Assembly (NCBI GenBank): GCA_030550275.1
Contig: JAUQPR010000001.1
Span: 177,766-241,765, forward strand
Direction: 5' to 3'
Length of the DNA stretch: 64,000 nucleotides
DNA from: Bacteroidota bacterium
GTDB lineage: Bacteria > Bacteroidota > Ignavibacteria > Kapaibacteriales > HRBIN21
Below are positions 28,887 through 37,336 of the stretch, piece after piece. How positions within the stretch are numbered: position 1 is the stretch's first letter; each line of letters begins with the position of its first letter. Position numbers and translations under genes: made by a program. A model generated the notes under the pieces. The model was not told where the DNA came from. It did no database searches and worked only from the letters and a program-made list of their open reading frames with translations.

Positions 28887-29513
28887 CGCCAGCCGCACGG
28901 AAGCCCTTCCGGGGAGGACCTCCCACTGCAGTGCGCCAGAGGGCGGAAGTTCCCGATGCAGCGCGCTCCCCACCGCCTGCCCGAAGCTATACCCAATGGC
29001 TGCTGCTGCGAGCACGTCGGAGAGCCAGTGCCGCCCATCGTACACGCGCGAAAGCCCAGTCATCACCGCCGCACCGTACAGCACCGCTGTCCATGCTGGC
29101 GGGAGCTCCAGTGTGCGGTCCAACGCAGCCGAAATCGCAAACGCAATTGCCGTATGCCCTGAAGGGAAGCTCTGCTGTGCGTCCTCCCATGCCGGAGGGC
29201 TCCAGTGCATCGCATCGGGAGCATGGTCGGGGCGCCATCGTCCCAGCGCCACCTTGAGCGCAACGACCACTGCTGCGCTTGCTCCCGCCGCTCCGGCGAC
29301 AGCAACTCCGGCACGTTGCCACCGCTCCTGCTGTGCAACCCATCCACCCGCGTACAGCACCGCTGCAAGCACCGCTGGGGTCCACCGCTCCCCATACATG
29401 CGCACGCTCTGAGAGAGCAGCTTCCCCACTCCCGAAGGCTGCGGAAGGGCAGCGGCAATGACCCGGTCCATCGCCATCGTCACCGGCAACAGGAGCAGCG
29501 CCGAACGCAGCAT
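28875..29513 (-). CDS. PAP2-family (type 2 phosphatidic acid phosphatase-like) membrane phosphatase
   Basis: All three PAP2 motifs: KVALGRWRPD (KxxxxxxRP), FPSGHTA (PSGH), SRVYDGRHWLSDV (SRxxxxxHxxxD). Start uncertain: MLRSALLLL at 29513 is preferred because the PHP gene ends at 29560; upstream in-frame Mets exist at 29693 and 30035. Confidence 0.6.
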   Translation of the reverse strand: MLRSALLLLPVTMAMDRVIAAALPQPSGVGKLLSQSVRMYGERWTPAVLAAVLYAGGWVAQQERWQRAGVAVAGAAGASAAVVVALKVALGRWRPDHAPDAMHWSPPAWEDAQQSFPSGHTAIAFAISAALDRTLELPPAWTAVLYGAAVMTGLSRVYDGRHWLSDVLAAAAIGYSFGQAVGSALHRELPPSGALQWEVLPGRASVRLALGR

Positions 29514-29559
29514 CCCGGCTTCCCACTGCTCCTGCAGTGCCTTGCCGAAGCGCTCGAGC

Positions 29560-30450
29560 TCAACCGGTTGCGCCCAGAGCTGGATTGCCGCAACGGCGCC
29601 CCAGCATAGCCAAGCGCTCGCAGAAGCGCTCCAGCTCCTGCGCCGAGATCCCAAAGCGCCCGAAGTTCCACTCATCGTAAGGGCGTGTGCCATGGTAATC
29701 CGACCCTCCGCTGACGAGCCATCGGTGCTGCCGGGCAAGCAGCCCATAGTAGGAGCGCAGCACGCTGCCATGCTGCGGATGGTAGACCTCAACGCCATCG
29801 AAGCCACGGCGGAGCAGCTCCAGCAGCAATCGCGGGTTCTGGAAGGCGCGACCAGGATGCGCCAGAATTGCCACCCCACCGGTGGCATGGATAAGCTCCA
29901 GCGCCCGCACAACTGGGAACTCCTCCGGCGGCTCGTACGCCGGGCGCCCCGGCTCCAGGTAGCGCGCAAAGGCTTCCGCAAGGCTTTGGCAGTATCCACG
30001 CCGGAGAAGCGCTGCCGCCAAATGTGGGCGTCCAACGACTGCTCCAGGGGCTTCTTCGGTTGCCTCCTCCAGCGTCACCATGAGTCCAAGCCGGCGGCAG
30101 CGCTGGACCATGCGCTCCAGCCGACGCCACCGGCGCTCGCGTGCCCGCTCCATATGCTCCCGCACCCGCCGATGGGCAACGTCAATGCCATATCCCAGGA
30201 CATGAAGCTCGCGCCCGGCTTCGTAGCAGCTCACCTCGATGCCGCTCACCAACTCAATGCCCAATTGCCGAGCCAGTGCGCTGGCGGCTTCGTACCCCTC
30301 GACCGTATCGTGGTCTGTGAAGGCAATGCAGCACAGCCCCCGTTGGGCAGCCTTCTGCAGCAGCTCCTCCGGAGAGAGCGCCCCATCGGAGCAGCGCGTA
30401 TGCAGGTGCAGATCCGCCACCGGTGGGCTCAGTGTGCCGGCTGCGTCCAT
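29560..30450 (-). CDS. PHP-domain phosphoesterase (TrpH/YciV-like)
   Basis: N-terminal DLHLHTRCSDGALSPEELL and IAFTDHDT motifs, later His/Asp ligands (ILAHPG, GGSDYHG). Confidence 0.75.
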   Translation of the reverse strand: MDAAGTLSPPVADLHLHTRCSDGALSPEELLQKAAQRGLCCIAFTDHDTVEGYEAASALARQLGIELVSGIEVSCYEAGRELHVLGYGIDVAHRRVREHMERARERRWRRLERMVQRCRRLGLMVTLEEATEEAPGAVVGRPHLAAALLRRGYCQSLAEAFARYLEPGRPAYEPPEEFPVVRALELIHATGGVAILAHPGRAFQNPRLLLELLRRGFDGVEVYHPQHGSVLRSYYGLLARQHRWLVSGGSDYHGTRPYDEWNFGRFGISAQELERFCERLAMLGRRCGNPALGATG

Positions 30451-32165
30451 GGCTCCTCCTGCAGTGCCCGCAGCAGTTCCGCAACCTTGTCAACCGCCTC
30501 GGCGAGCGCCACGTGATGGCGTCGCCCACTGCGCCGCTCTTTGAGCTCGACGGTGCCGGCTTCCAGCCCGCGCGCGCTCACGATGAGCTGCAACGGCAAT
30601 CCCAACAGGTCGGCATCGTTGAACTTGACCCCGGCGCTCTCCTCCCGGTCATCGTAGAGCACCTCCACGCCTGCTGCCCAGAGGCTGGAGTAGAGCTCAT
30701 CGGAGTGCTGGCGAACGGCATCCGAGCGCTCAATCCCCAAGGCAAGCAGGTGGACGTGGTAGGGCGCGATGGCGGGAATCCAGCAGATGCCGTGTTCGTC
30801 GTGGTTCTGCTCGATGAAGGCAGCGATGATACGCTCGACGCCGATGCCGTAGCTGCCCATGACAATGGGGCGTTCGTGCCCGCGCTCATCCAGAAAGCGC
30901 GCGCCCAGGGCTTCCGAGTACTTCGTCCCCAGCTTAAAGATGTGCCCCACCTCGATTGCACGCACCACCTCCAGCGCCGCACCGCACTCCGGGCACGGCT
31001 CCCCGGGCTGCACCGTGCGGACATCGGCGTAGAGGTCTATGCGGCAATCCCGACGCAGGTCAATGTGCCGGTAGTGGTAGCCATCGGCGTTGGCGCCGCT
31101 GACCAGCTCATTGGCATCGCGCAGCCGCTCATCGGCAATGATGCGCATCGGCGTGGGGAGCCCAATTGGACCGATGGACCCCGCCGAAGCCCCAGTATAC
31201 TGGCGCAGCTCCTCCGGCGTTGCCGGACGCAGCGCAGCTGCCCCCAGCACGGCTTGCAGCTTAGCTTCGTTGAGCTCATCGTTGCCGCGCAGCAGCACCA
31301 GAACCGGCTCCCCATCGGCGATGTAGACGAGCGCCTTTGCGCAGCGCTCCTCCGGGATGCCATGCTGCGTGATGAGGTCGTCAATGGTGCGAACCCCAGG
31401 TGTTGCAAAGCGCTCCAGCGGGGCGCTCTCCGGCAGCCGCGCCGTAGGTTCTACGGCTGAGCGAGCAATCTCCACATTGGCTGCGTAGCCGCATCGGGAG
31501 CACCGGGCGCAGGTATCCTCGCCTGCCGGCGATTCCACCATGAACTCCTGCGAGGCGCTTCCCCCCATTGCACCACTGGAAGCGCCCACGACAAAGAAGC
31601 GCAGTCCACAGCGCGTAAAGATGCGCCGGTACGCCTGCGCGTGCAGCTCGTAGCTGCGGTCCAGCCCCTCCCAATCGGCATCGAGCGAGTAGGAGTCCTT
31701 CATCGTAAACTGCCGTCCACGCAGCACGCCAAAGCGTGGGCGCGGTTCGTTGCGGAACTTGGGCTGGATCTGGTACCAAATCTGCGGCAGCTCCCGGTAG
31801 GAGCGGATGTGCTGCCGCGCATGGAAGGCGACCACCTCCTCGTGCGTGGGCGCCAGCACCAAGCCCTCGCGGTTCTTGATGTGGAAGAGCACATCGCCCA
31901 TGGTTTGGATTCGACCGGTCTGCTGCCAGATCTCGGCAGGGTTGAGCGCAGGGAAATGGAACTCCTGCGCCCCGATGCGGTCCATCTCCTCGCGGATGAT
32001 GCGCATGACCTTCTGCATCACGCGCCATCCCAGGGGCAGGAAGCTATACACACCCGCGGCAAGCTGCCGGATCAACCCCGCCCGGAGCATGAGCTGGTGC
32101 GAGACCGCTTGTGCATCAGCGGGCAGTTGCCGGAGCGTAGGGATAAAGGCACGGCTGTAACGCAT
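30429..32165 (-). CDS. proS: Proline--tRNA ligase (bacterial type with editing domain)
   Basis: MRYSRAFIPTLRQLPADAQAVSHQLMLRAGLIRQLAAGVYSFLPLGWRV... plus class II motifs and the C-terminal anticodon-binding domain. 578 aa. Confidence 0.92.
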   Translation of the reverse strand: MRYSRAFIPTLRQLPADAQAVSHQLMLRAGLIRQLAAGVYSFLPLGWRVMQKVMRIIREEMDRIGAQEFHFPALNPAEIWQQTGRIQTMGDVLFHIKNREGLVLAPTHEEVVAFHARQHIRSYRELPQIWYQIQPKFRNEPRPRFGVLRGRQFTMKDSYSLDADWEGLDRSYELHAQAYRRIFTRCGLRFFVVGASSGAMGGSASQEFMVESPAGEDTCARCSRCGYAANVEIARSAVEPTARLPESAPLERFATPGVRTIDDLITQHGIPEERCAKALVYIADGEPVLVLLRGNDELNEAKLQAVLGAAALRPATPEELRQYTGASAGSIGPIGLPTPMRIIADERLRDANELVSGANADGYHYRHIDLRRDCRIDLYADVRTVQPGEPCPECGAALEVVRAIEVGHIFKLGTKYSEALGARFLDERGHERPIVMGSYGIGVERIIAAFIEQNHDEHGICWIPAIAPYHVHLLALGIERSDAVRQHSDELYSSLWAAGVEVLYDDREESAGVKFNDADLLGLPLQLIVSARGLEAGTVELKERRSGRRHHVALAEAVDKVAELLRALQEEPWTQPAH

Positions 32166-33262
32166 CAACGGTCGCTGTGTGCTGTGGCACCCTCCAGAAT
32201 CTGCACAATTGCCTGCGTGAGCGCAACCTCCGGCGCCAACTCCCCGGTCTTGAGCGCCCGCTCCGCTTGGAACAGAGCCAGCAGTGCCCGCTCAACCCCG
32301 GCAACGCCGAAGCGCCGGAATGCTGCGACGTACTCGGACACAAAGAAGGGGTGAACCCCCAGCGCGCGGGCAAGGGATTCCGCCGGAGCCGAGAGGTCCA
32401 GCTCCGCCACCTTCCACAGCAGCAGGAAGTAGCGCGTCAACACTGCCAGTACACCGGCTTCCTGCCGCTCCACCTGCTGCAGATACTGGGCAATGCGCAG
32501 CGCCTCCTCCCGCTGCCCCAGACCCACTGCCTGCTGCAGCTCAAAGACCGTGTACGCACGCGATGCACCCAGCAGCGGGGCGATGTGTTCAGCATCGAGC
32601 ACCTGGAGTTGCGCCGCCTGGGCAAACAGCGCCAGCTTGCGCAGCTCGTTGTCCAGCTCAAACAGCTCCGTCCCCACCGTTGCCAACAGCAGCTCCAGCG
32701 CCGGCGGGGCAAGCTCGAACCCATAGCGCCGCGTTCGCTGCGCCACCCAATTGACCACTTCGCGTTCGTAGAGCTTGGGGAACTCCACCCAGGCGTGCTG
32801 CTGCAGCAGGAGCCGCCAGGCGCGCGGTGCACGCTCGGAAGCGCTCTTTGCCTTGGTTTGCTGGCGCGGATTGCGTACGGAGCGGCTAATTCCGCGCAAT
32901 GCCTCCGGTGCCGCCGAGGAGAAGAACGCCAATACCGTCGTCTGCACCGGTTCTTGCAGGTAGCTCAGCAGCACCTCCTGCTGTGTGCCCCCTTGCCCCA
33001 ACAGCCGTTCTGCATCGCGAACCACGACAGCACGCCGTTCGGCAAACACCGGGTAGATGCGCGCCCGCTCGACCACTTCACGCGGGGACACCTCCGCTCC
33101 GGAGAGCACATCCACGTTCATGCCCGTTGGGTCCTCCCGCCGCAGCCGCTGGAGGAGGAGCTGGTACGCCTCCTGCAGCAGGAACTGCTCCTCTCCGAAG
33201 AAGAGCAGCACCGGCGGAAGCGTTCCCTGGCTCAGGAGCTGTTCCCAGTGCTCCAGCATCAT
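32165..33262 (-). CDS. holA: DNA polymerase III delta subunit
   Basis: LLFFGEEQFLLQEAYQLLLQRLRRE...VDVLSGAEV...YPVFAERRAVVVRDAERL pattern and length (~365 aa) typical of HolA. Start at MMLEHWEQ (33262), 4-nt overlap with the REC gene stop. Confidence 0.65.
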   Translation of the reverse strand: MMLEHWEQLLSQGTLPPVLLFFGEEQFLLQEAYQLLLQRLRREDPTGMNVDVLSGAEVSPREVVERARIYPVFAERRAVVVRDAERLLGQGGTQQEVLLSYLQEPVQTTVLAFFSSAAPEALRGISRSVRNPRQQTKAKSASERAPRAWRLLLQQHAWVEFPKLYEREVVNWVAQRTRRYGFELAPPALELLLATVGTELFELDNELRKLALFAQAAQLQVLDAEHIAPLLGASRAYTVFELQQAVGLGQREEALRIAQYLQQVERQEAGVLAVLTRYFLLLWKVAELDLSAPAESLARALGVHPFFVSEYVAAFRRFGVAGVERALLALFQAERALKTGELAPEVALTQAIVQILEGATAHSDR

Positions 33263-33684
33263 GGCTGCGGTGTCGGCTGCATCTGTTGGGCAGAATCGCT
33301 CTCGTGCGCACCGAGCAAACGCAAGAGACGTTGCTGCGCCTCCGAGATGGAGAAGGGCTTGATGAGCCAGCCCTGTATCCCCTCGCGTGCAAGCTGGAGC
33401 ACGGCTTCCCGCTCGGCAACTGCAGAGCACACCAGGACGGGGCAGTTCCGTAGCCTCTCCTCCTGGCGCAACTGGCGCAGGAACTCCAACGCCGACCCCT
33501 CCGGAAAGAGCACATCCAGCACGATGACGTCGGGCGGCTCCCGCTGCACAAGCTCCCACGCCTGTTCTGGGGCTGCTGCTTCCACAACCCGCAGCGAGAG
33601 CTGTTCGCCAACATGGCGCCAGATGCGGCGGAAGGTCGGATCGTCATCAATAATCAGCACCGTCCGATGAGGCGCTTCCGTCAT
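33259..33684 (-). CDS. Stand-alone response-regulator receiver (CheY-like, 141 aa)
   Basis: MTEAPHRTVLIIDDDPTFRR...PDVIVLDVLFPEGSALEFLRQLRQ...VLVCSAV...WLIKPF: acidic pocket, phospho-Asp (VLD) and conserved Lys. Start at 33684, 2 nt after the OppC-like stop. Confidence 0.7.
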   Translation of the reverse strand: MTEAPHRTVLIIDDDPTFRRIWRHVGEQLSLRVVEAAAPEQAWELVQREPPDVIVLDVLFPEGSALEFLRQLRQEERLRNCPVLVCSAVAEREAVLQLAREGIQGWLIKPFSISEAQQRLLRLLGAHESDSAQQMQPTPQP

Positions 33685-33686
33685 AG

Positions 33687-34748
33687 CTACACCCGCAGCC
33701 GTGGGTCCAGTAGGTCCCGCAGGGCATCCCCCAGCAGGTTGAATCCCAGCACCGCCAGCGCAATCGCCAAACTGGGGTAGACAGCCAATCCCCACGCCGT
33801 TCCCGTGACGATATAGCCGTAGCCATCGCGCACCATCTGCCCCCACGACGGCATCGGCGGTTGCACGCCCAAGCCCAGGAAGCTCAACCCCGCCTCCGCC
33901 ATCACCGCTGTTGCCAGCCCTGCTGTCGCAATAACCGTCAAGGAGCCAACGACATTGGGCAGCAGATGGCGCAGGATAATGCGCGCCGGACCAAACCCCA
34001 GCGCACGCGCTGCCCAGATGTACTCCCGCTCGCGCAATGCCAGAAACTCCCCACGCACGATGCGCGCGATCTCGACCCAACTGGAGATCCCGATTGCAAG
34101 GGCAGCCTGCTCCAGCCCCTGTCCGATGACGACCGAAAAGGCAATCGCCAACAGCAGCGTCGGATATGCCCACACCACGTTGATGAGCCACATCACCACC
34201 GCATCCACCCATCCCCGAAGGTAGCCCGCCACGGCTCCCAGCACAACCCCAACCACCAGCGCAATCCCTTGCGCCAACACCCCAACGAGCAAGCTCACGC
34301 GTGCCCCGTAGAGCAAGCGGCTGAGCACATCCCGCCCGTATCGGTCGGTCCCCAGCACATAGAGCGGTCGGGCATGCCACTGGGTTGAATCCCGCCCAGC
34401 AAGCTCCTCGCGCCGGAGGCGCAGCGTGCGTCCGGATTCCTCTACGCACACCAGTGTATCCCCTTGCCAGACCATGGACTGCACCGGCACAATGCGCGGC
34501 TGATCGGGGCGAGCTGGATTGTGCACATACACCACGTTGCCGCGGAACATCGGCGCACGCAGCGCGTATTCGAGCACCTGCACCGTGGGGTCCATCGGCG
34601 CCAGCCACTCCGCTCCAATTGCAGCCCCCACCAGCAGGAGCACAATCACTGCCCCGAGCACCCCACTGGGATGGCGCCAGAAGCGCCGCCAGAAGCCCCG
34701 AACCGTAACTGCGTCAGCGGAGCTGGACTCGCGGATCCACGACCGCAT
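33687..34748 (-). CDS. ABC transporter permease, OppC/DppC family
   Basis: EAA-like loop and binding-protein-dependent transport motif (IARIVRGEFLALREREYIWAARALGFGPARIILRHLLPNV), N-terminal oligopeptide-permease region. Start at MRSWIRE (34748), overlapping the OppB-like gene. Confidence 0.8.
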   Translation of the reverse strand: MRSWIRESSSADAVTVRGFWRRFWRHPSGVLGAVIVLLLVGAAIGAEWLAPMDPTVQVLEYALRAPMFRGNVVYVHNPARPDQPRIVPVQSMVWQGDTLVCVEESGRTLRLRREELAGRDSTQWHARPLYVLGTDRYGRDVLSRLLYGARVSLLVGVLAQGIALVVGVVLGAVAGYLRGWVDAVVMWLINVVWAYPTLLLAIAFSVVIGQGLEQAALAIGISSWVEIARIVRGEFLALREREYIWAARALGFGPARIILRHLLPNVVGSLTVIATAGLATAVMAEAGLSFLGLGVQPPMPSWGQMVRDGYGYIVTGTAWGLAVYPSLAIALAVLGFNLLGDALRDLLDPRLRV

Positions 34749-35640
34749 AGAGCACGTCCACAATTGCGTTGACCACCACGAAGACCACCGCCGCAAAGAG
34801 CACCGTCCCCTGGATGAGCGGGTAATCCAGCTTCTCAATTGCTGCAATCGCCACGCTGCCGATGCCGGGCCAGTTGAAGATGTACTCCACGAAGAAGGCA
34901 CCCGCCAGCAGCCCGGCAAACCAGGCGCTCACCGTTGTCACGACCGGATTGAGCGCATTTCGCAGCGCATGGCGCAGCAGGACTCTCCCCGTGGGCACTC
35001 CCTTTGCCAGCGCCGTGCGGATATACTCCTGCCCCAGCACCTCCAGCATGCTGCTGCGCGTCATGCGGGCAATGATGGACATCGGGCGGAGCGCCAAGGT
35101 CAACATCGGCAGCACCAGGTACTCCCAGCCCTGGTCAATGTAGCCTGCGATCGGGAACCAGCCCAGGACCACTCCAAAGAGCAGCAGCACCAGCAAGCCA
35201 GCAACAAAGGAGGGCACAGAGATCCCCACCAGCGCCAGCAACATCAGCAGCGTATCCAGCCACGAATTCGGTCGCACGGCAGCAAGCACGCCCAGGAGCA
35301 CTCCCAGCACCGTTGCCAGGAGCATCGAGCTCACCGTCAGGAGCGCCGTTGCAGGGAAGCGCTCCAGGATGATCTCCAGCACCGGGCGGTTCGTCACATA
35401 CGAGCGTCCCAAGTCCCCCTGTAGCAACCGCCCCAGGAAACGCACGTATTGCACGGGCAGTGGCTGGTCCAGCCCCAGCTGCTGCCGAATCGCTGCAATG
35501 GTCTCTGCATCCGCCCGCTGCCCTGCCAGCAAGCGTGCTGGGTCCCCCGGCAGTACGAAGTTCAGCACGAAGGTGACCGTCGCAACCCCGAAGAGCACTC
35601 CGAGCGCTGCCGCCCCTCTGCGGGCAATATACGCCAGCAT
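34714..35640 (-). CDS. ABC transporter permease, OppB/DppB family
   Basis: MLAYIARRGAAALGVLFGVATVTFVLNFVLPGDPARLLAG... is the typical OppB N-terminus; six TM helices; LPMLTLALRPMSIIARMTRSSMLEVLGQEYIRTALAKG. Confidence 0.85.
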   Translation of the reverse strand: MLAYIARRGAAALGVLFGVATVTFVLNFVLPGDPARLLAGQRADAETIAAIRQQLGLDQPLPVQYVRFLGRLLQGDLGRSYVTNRPVLEIILERFPATALLTVSSMLLATVLGVLLGVLAAVRPNSWLDTLLMLLALVGISVPSFVAGLLVLLLFGVVLGWFPIAGYIDQGWEYLVLPMLTLALRPMSIIARMTRSSMLEVLGQEYIRTALAKGVPTGRVLLRHALRNALNPVVTTVSAWFAGLLAGAFFVEYIFNWPGIGSVAIAAIEKLDYPLIQGTVLFAAVVFVVVNAIVDVLYAVVDPRVQLR

Positions 35641-36525
35641 CTACACCCACACCAGCAGTTTGTGCGGAATCTCGCCCAACTCCGCAAAGCGGACCAGGAC
35701 GGGCAGCATCGCGCTGGTCAACCGCTCCCCTTGCGCAATGACCAGCAAGCCGTACGGGGTGTAGTAGTTCTCCGCCACCACCATCCCCTCGCGCAGCTGA
35801 TTGACCGCAACCGCCTGCAGGAGGCGTTGCCCCAGCGCGCGCCGCTCCTCCTCGACGAGCTCGATAAAGGTGCGCACCACCGCCGGATGGTACACACTGC
35901 CGGCTTTCTCCTCCAAGTGCCGCAACACCTGGATGTAGCGCTGCTGCTCCTCCGGCGAAGGGACCGGCGCCGTTGGCGCCGCATGGCGATAGCGTGCCTC
36001 GCGCCGCCGTCGGTACAAGGCGTTATGGAAGACGTCCACCACTGCGATGATTGCCGCCCCTATGTGGATCTGCCGTCCGCGCAAGTGGCGCGGGAATCCG
36101 GAGCCATCCAACCGCTCGTGGTGCTGCAAGACGATCTCGGCAACAGTCTGCAAGCCGGAATGCTTACGCAAGATGTGCCACCCCAGCTCCGGATGGCGCT
36201 CGTAGAGATGCCGCTCCTCGGCGGTCATCTCCGTGGGGAACTTCTGCAGCAGCGCGTCGGGATAGCCAATCTTGCCAATATCGTGCAGGAGTCCCGCCAC
36301 CTGGATCTCGAACACCTCGACCTCGCTCAACCCCAGCCGGCGGGCAACCTCTGCGGCTTTGTATCCGATGAAGCGGCAATGGCTCCCTTCGTAGAAGCGC
36401 TCCACCGCCGCAACCAGGGTACTGAGCAGCTCCACGGTCTGCATGAAGCTCTCGGCAAGCTGCGTTTCGAGCTGCCGAAGCTGTTGCTCCAGCTCATGCA
36501 CCAACAGGGAGGACATGCTCGGCAA
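35641..36525 (-). CDS. HD-GYP domain phosphodiesterase (c-di-GMP signalling)
   Basis: HD motif AGLLHDIGKIGYPDALL and HHERLDGSGFP (the HD-GYP signature with GFP in place of GYP). Stop/start abut the OppB-like gene. Confidence 0.8.
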   Translation of the reverse strand: MPSMSSLLVHELEQQLRQLETQLAESFMQTVELLSTLVAAVERFYEGSHCRFIGYKAAEVARRLGLSEVEVFEIQVAGLLHDIGKIGYPDALLQKFPTEMTAEERHLYERHPELGWHILRKHSGLQTVAEIVLQHHERLDGSGFPRHLRGRQIHIGAAIIAVVDVFHNALYRRRREARYRHAAPTAPVPSPEEQQRYIQVLRHLEEKAGSVYHPAVVRTFIELVEEERRALGQRLLQAVAVNQLREGMVVAENYYTPYGLLVIAQGERLTSAMLPVLVRFAELGEIPHKLLVWV

Positions 36526-37294
36526 TGCGCACCTGTTGGACGGCTACAGAGCCCAAGCGCAACGCCTGCAGCATCTGCTCCAGCGCCGGCGTTGGGGCAT
36601 CGGTCAACAGGAGCTCCAGCGTACTCGCCCGCGCACCATCTGCCGCAACCCAGCCGTGGCGTTGTAGCCAGTGCACCAATGCCACTCCAGAATCCACAAA
36701 CCGTGTCTCCGGAAGCACTCGGGCAAGCACGGGCAGCAGCAGCGGGTAGTGTGTGCAGCCCAAAATGAGCGTATCCACCCCGTGCAGCGGTTGAAGGTAC
36801 TCGCGCGCCACTAGCTCCGTCACCGGATGCTCGCACCACCCCTCCTCCACCAGCGGCACAAAGAGCGGACATGCCTGCGAGGATACCCGCCGTGCTCCCC
36901 GCTCCTTGAGCAAGCGCTCGTACACACCGCTGCCAATGGTCGCCCGCGTACCGATGACCCCGATATGTCCCGTCTGCGTCTGCTCCAGCGCCGCAGCCAC
37001 CGCTGGGGTGACGACCTCGGCAACAGGGAGCTCGCCCGCAGCTTCACGCACAGCGTCCAATGCAACCGCCGAGACCGTATTGCACGCAACGACAAGCAGG
37101 TCCACACCCTGCCGCACCAAGTAGCTGACGCACTCGAAAGCGTAGCGGCGCACCGTCTGCGTCGCCCGATTCCCGTAGGGGACCCGCGCGGTATCGGCAA
37201 GGTAGACAATCTCCGCACCCAGCCGCAGAAGCTGGCGCACGACGGTCAGCCCTCCCACTCCGGAATCGAAAACTCCAATCCGCAACCGTGCCAT
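36494..37294 (-). CDS. murI: Glutamate racemase
   Basis: IGVFDSGVGGLTVV, catalytic Cys motifs LVVACNTVSA and ILGCTHYPLL. 266 aa. Confidence 0.9.
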   Translation of the reverse strand: MARLRIGVFDSGVGGLTVVRQLLRLGAEIVYLADTARVPYGNRATQTVRRYAFECVSYLVRQGVDLLVVACNTVSAVALDAVREAAGELPVAEVVTPAVAAALEQTQTGHIGVIGTRATIGSGVYERLLKERGARRVSSQACPLFVPLVEEGWCEHPVTELVAREYLQPLHGVDTLILGCTHYPLLLPVLARVLPETRFVDSGVALVHWLQRHGWVAADGARASTLELLLTDAPTPALEQMLQALRLGSVAVQQVRIAEHVLPVGA

Positions 37295-37336
37295 GGCTTC
37301 AAAAATAGGGAAAAGCCGCTGCAGGCAACCAACGCG

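Noticed and set aside
33685-34608. N-terminal 300-aa extension of track ORF 33259..34608 upstream of the receiver domain
   Set aside because: The region is occupied in another frame by the OppC-like permease with clear ABC-permease motifs. The receiver domain starts at its own ATG (33684).
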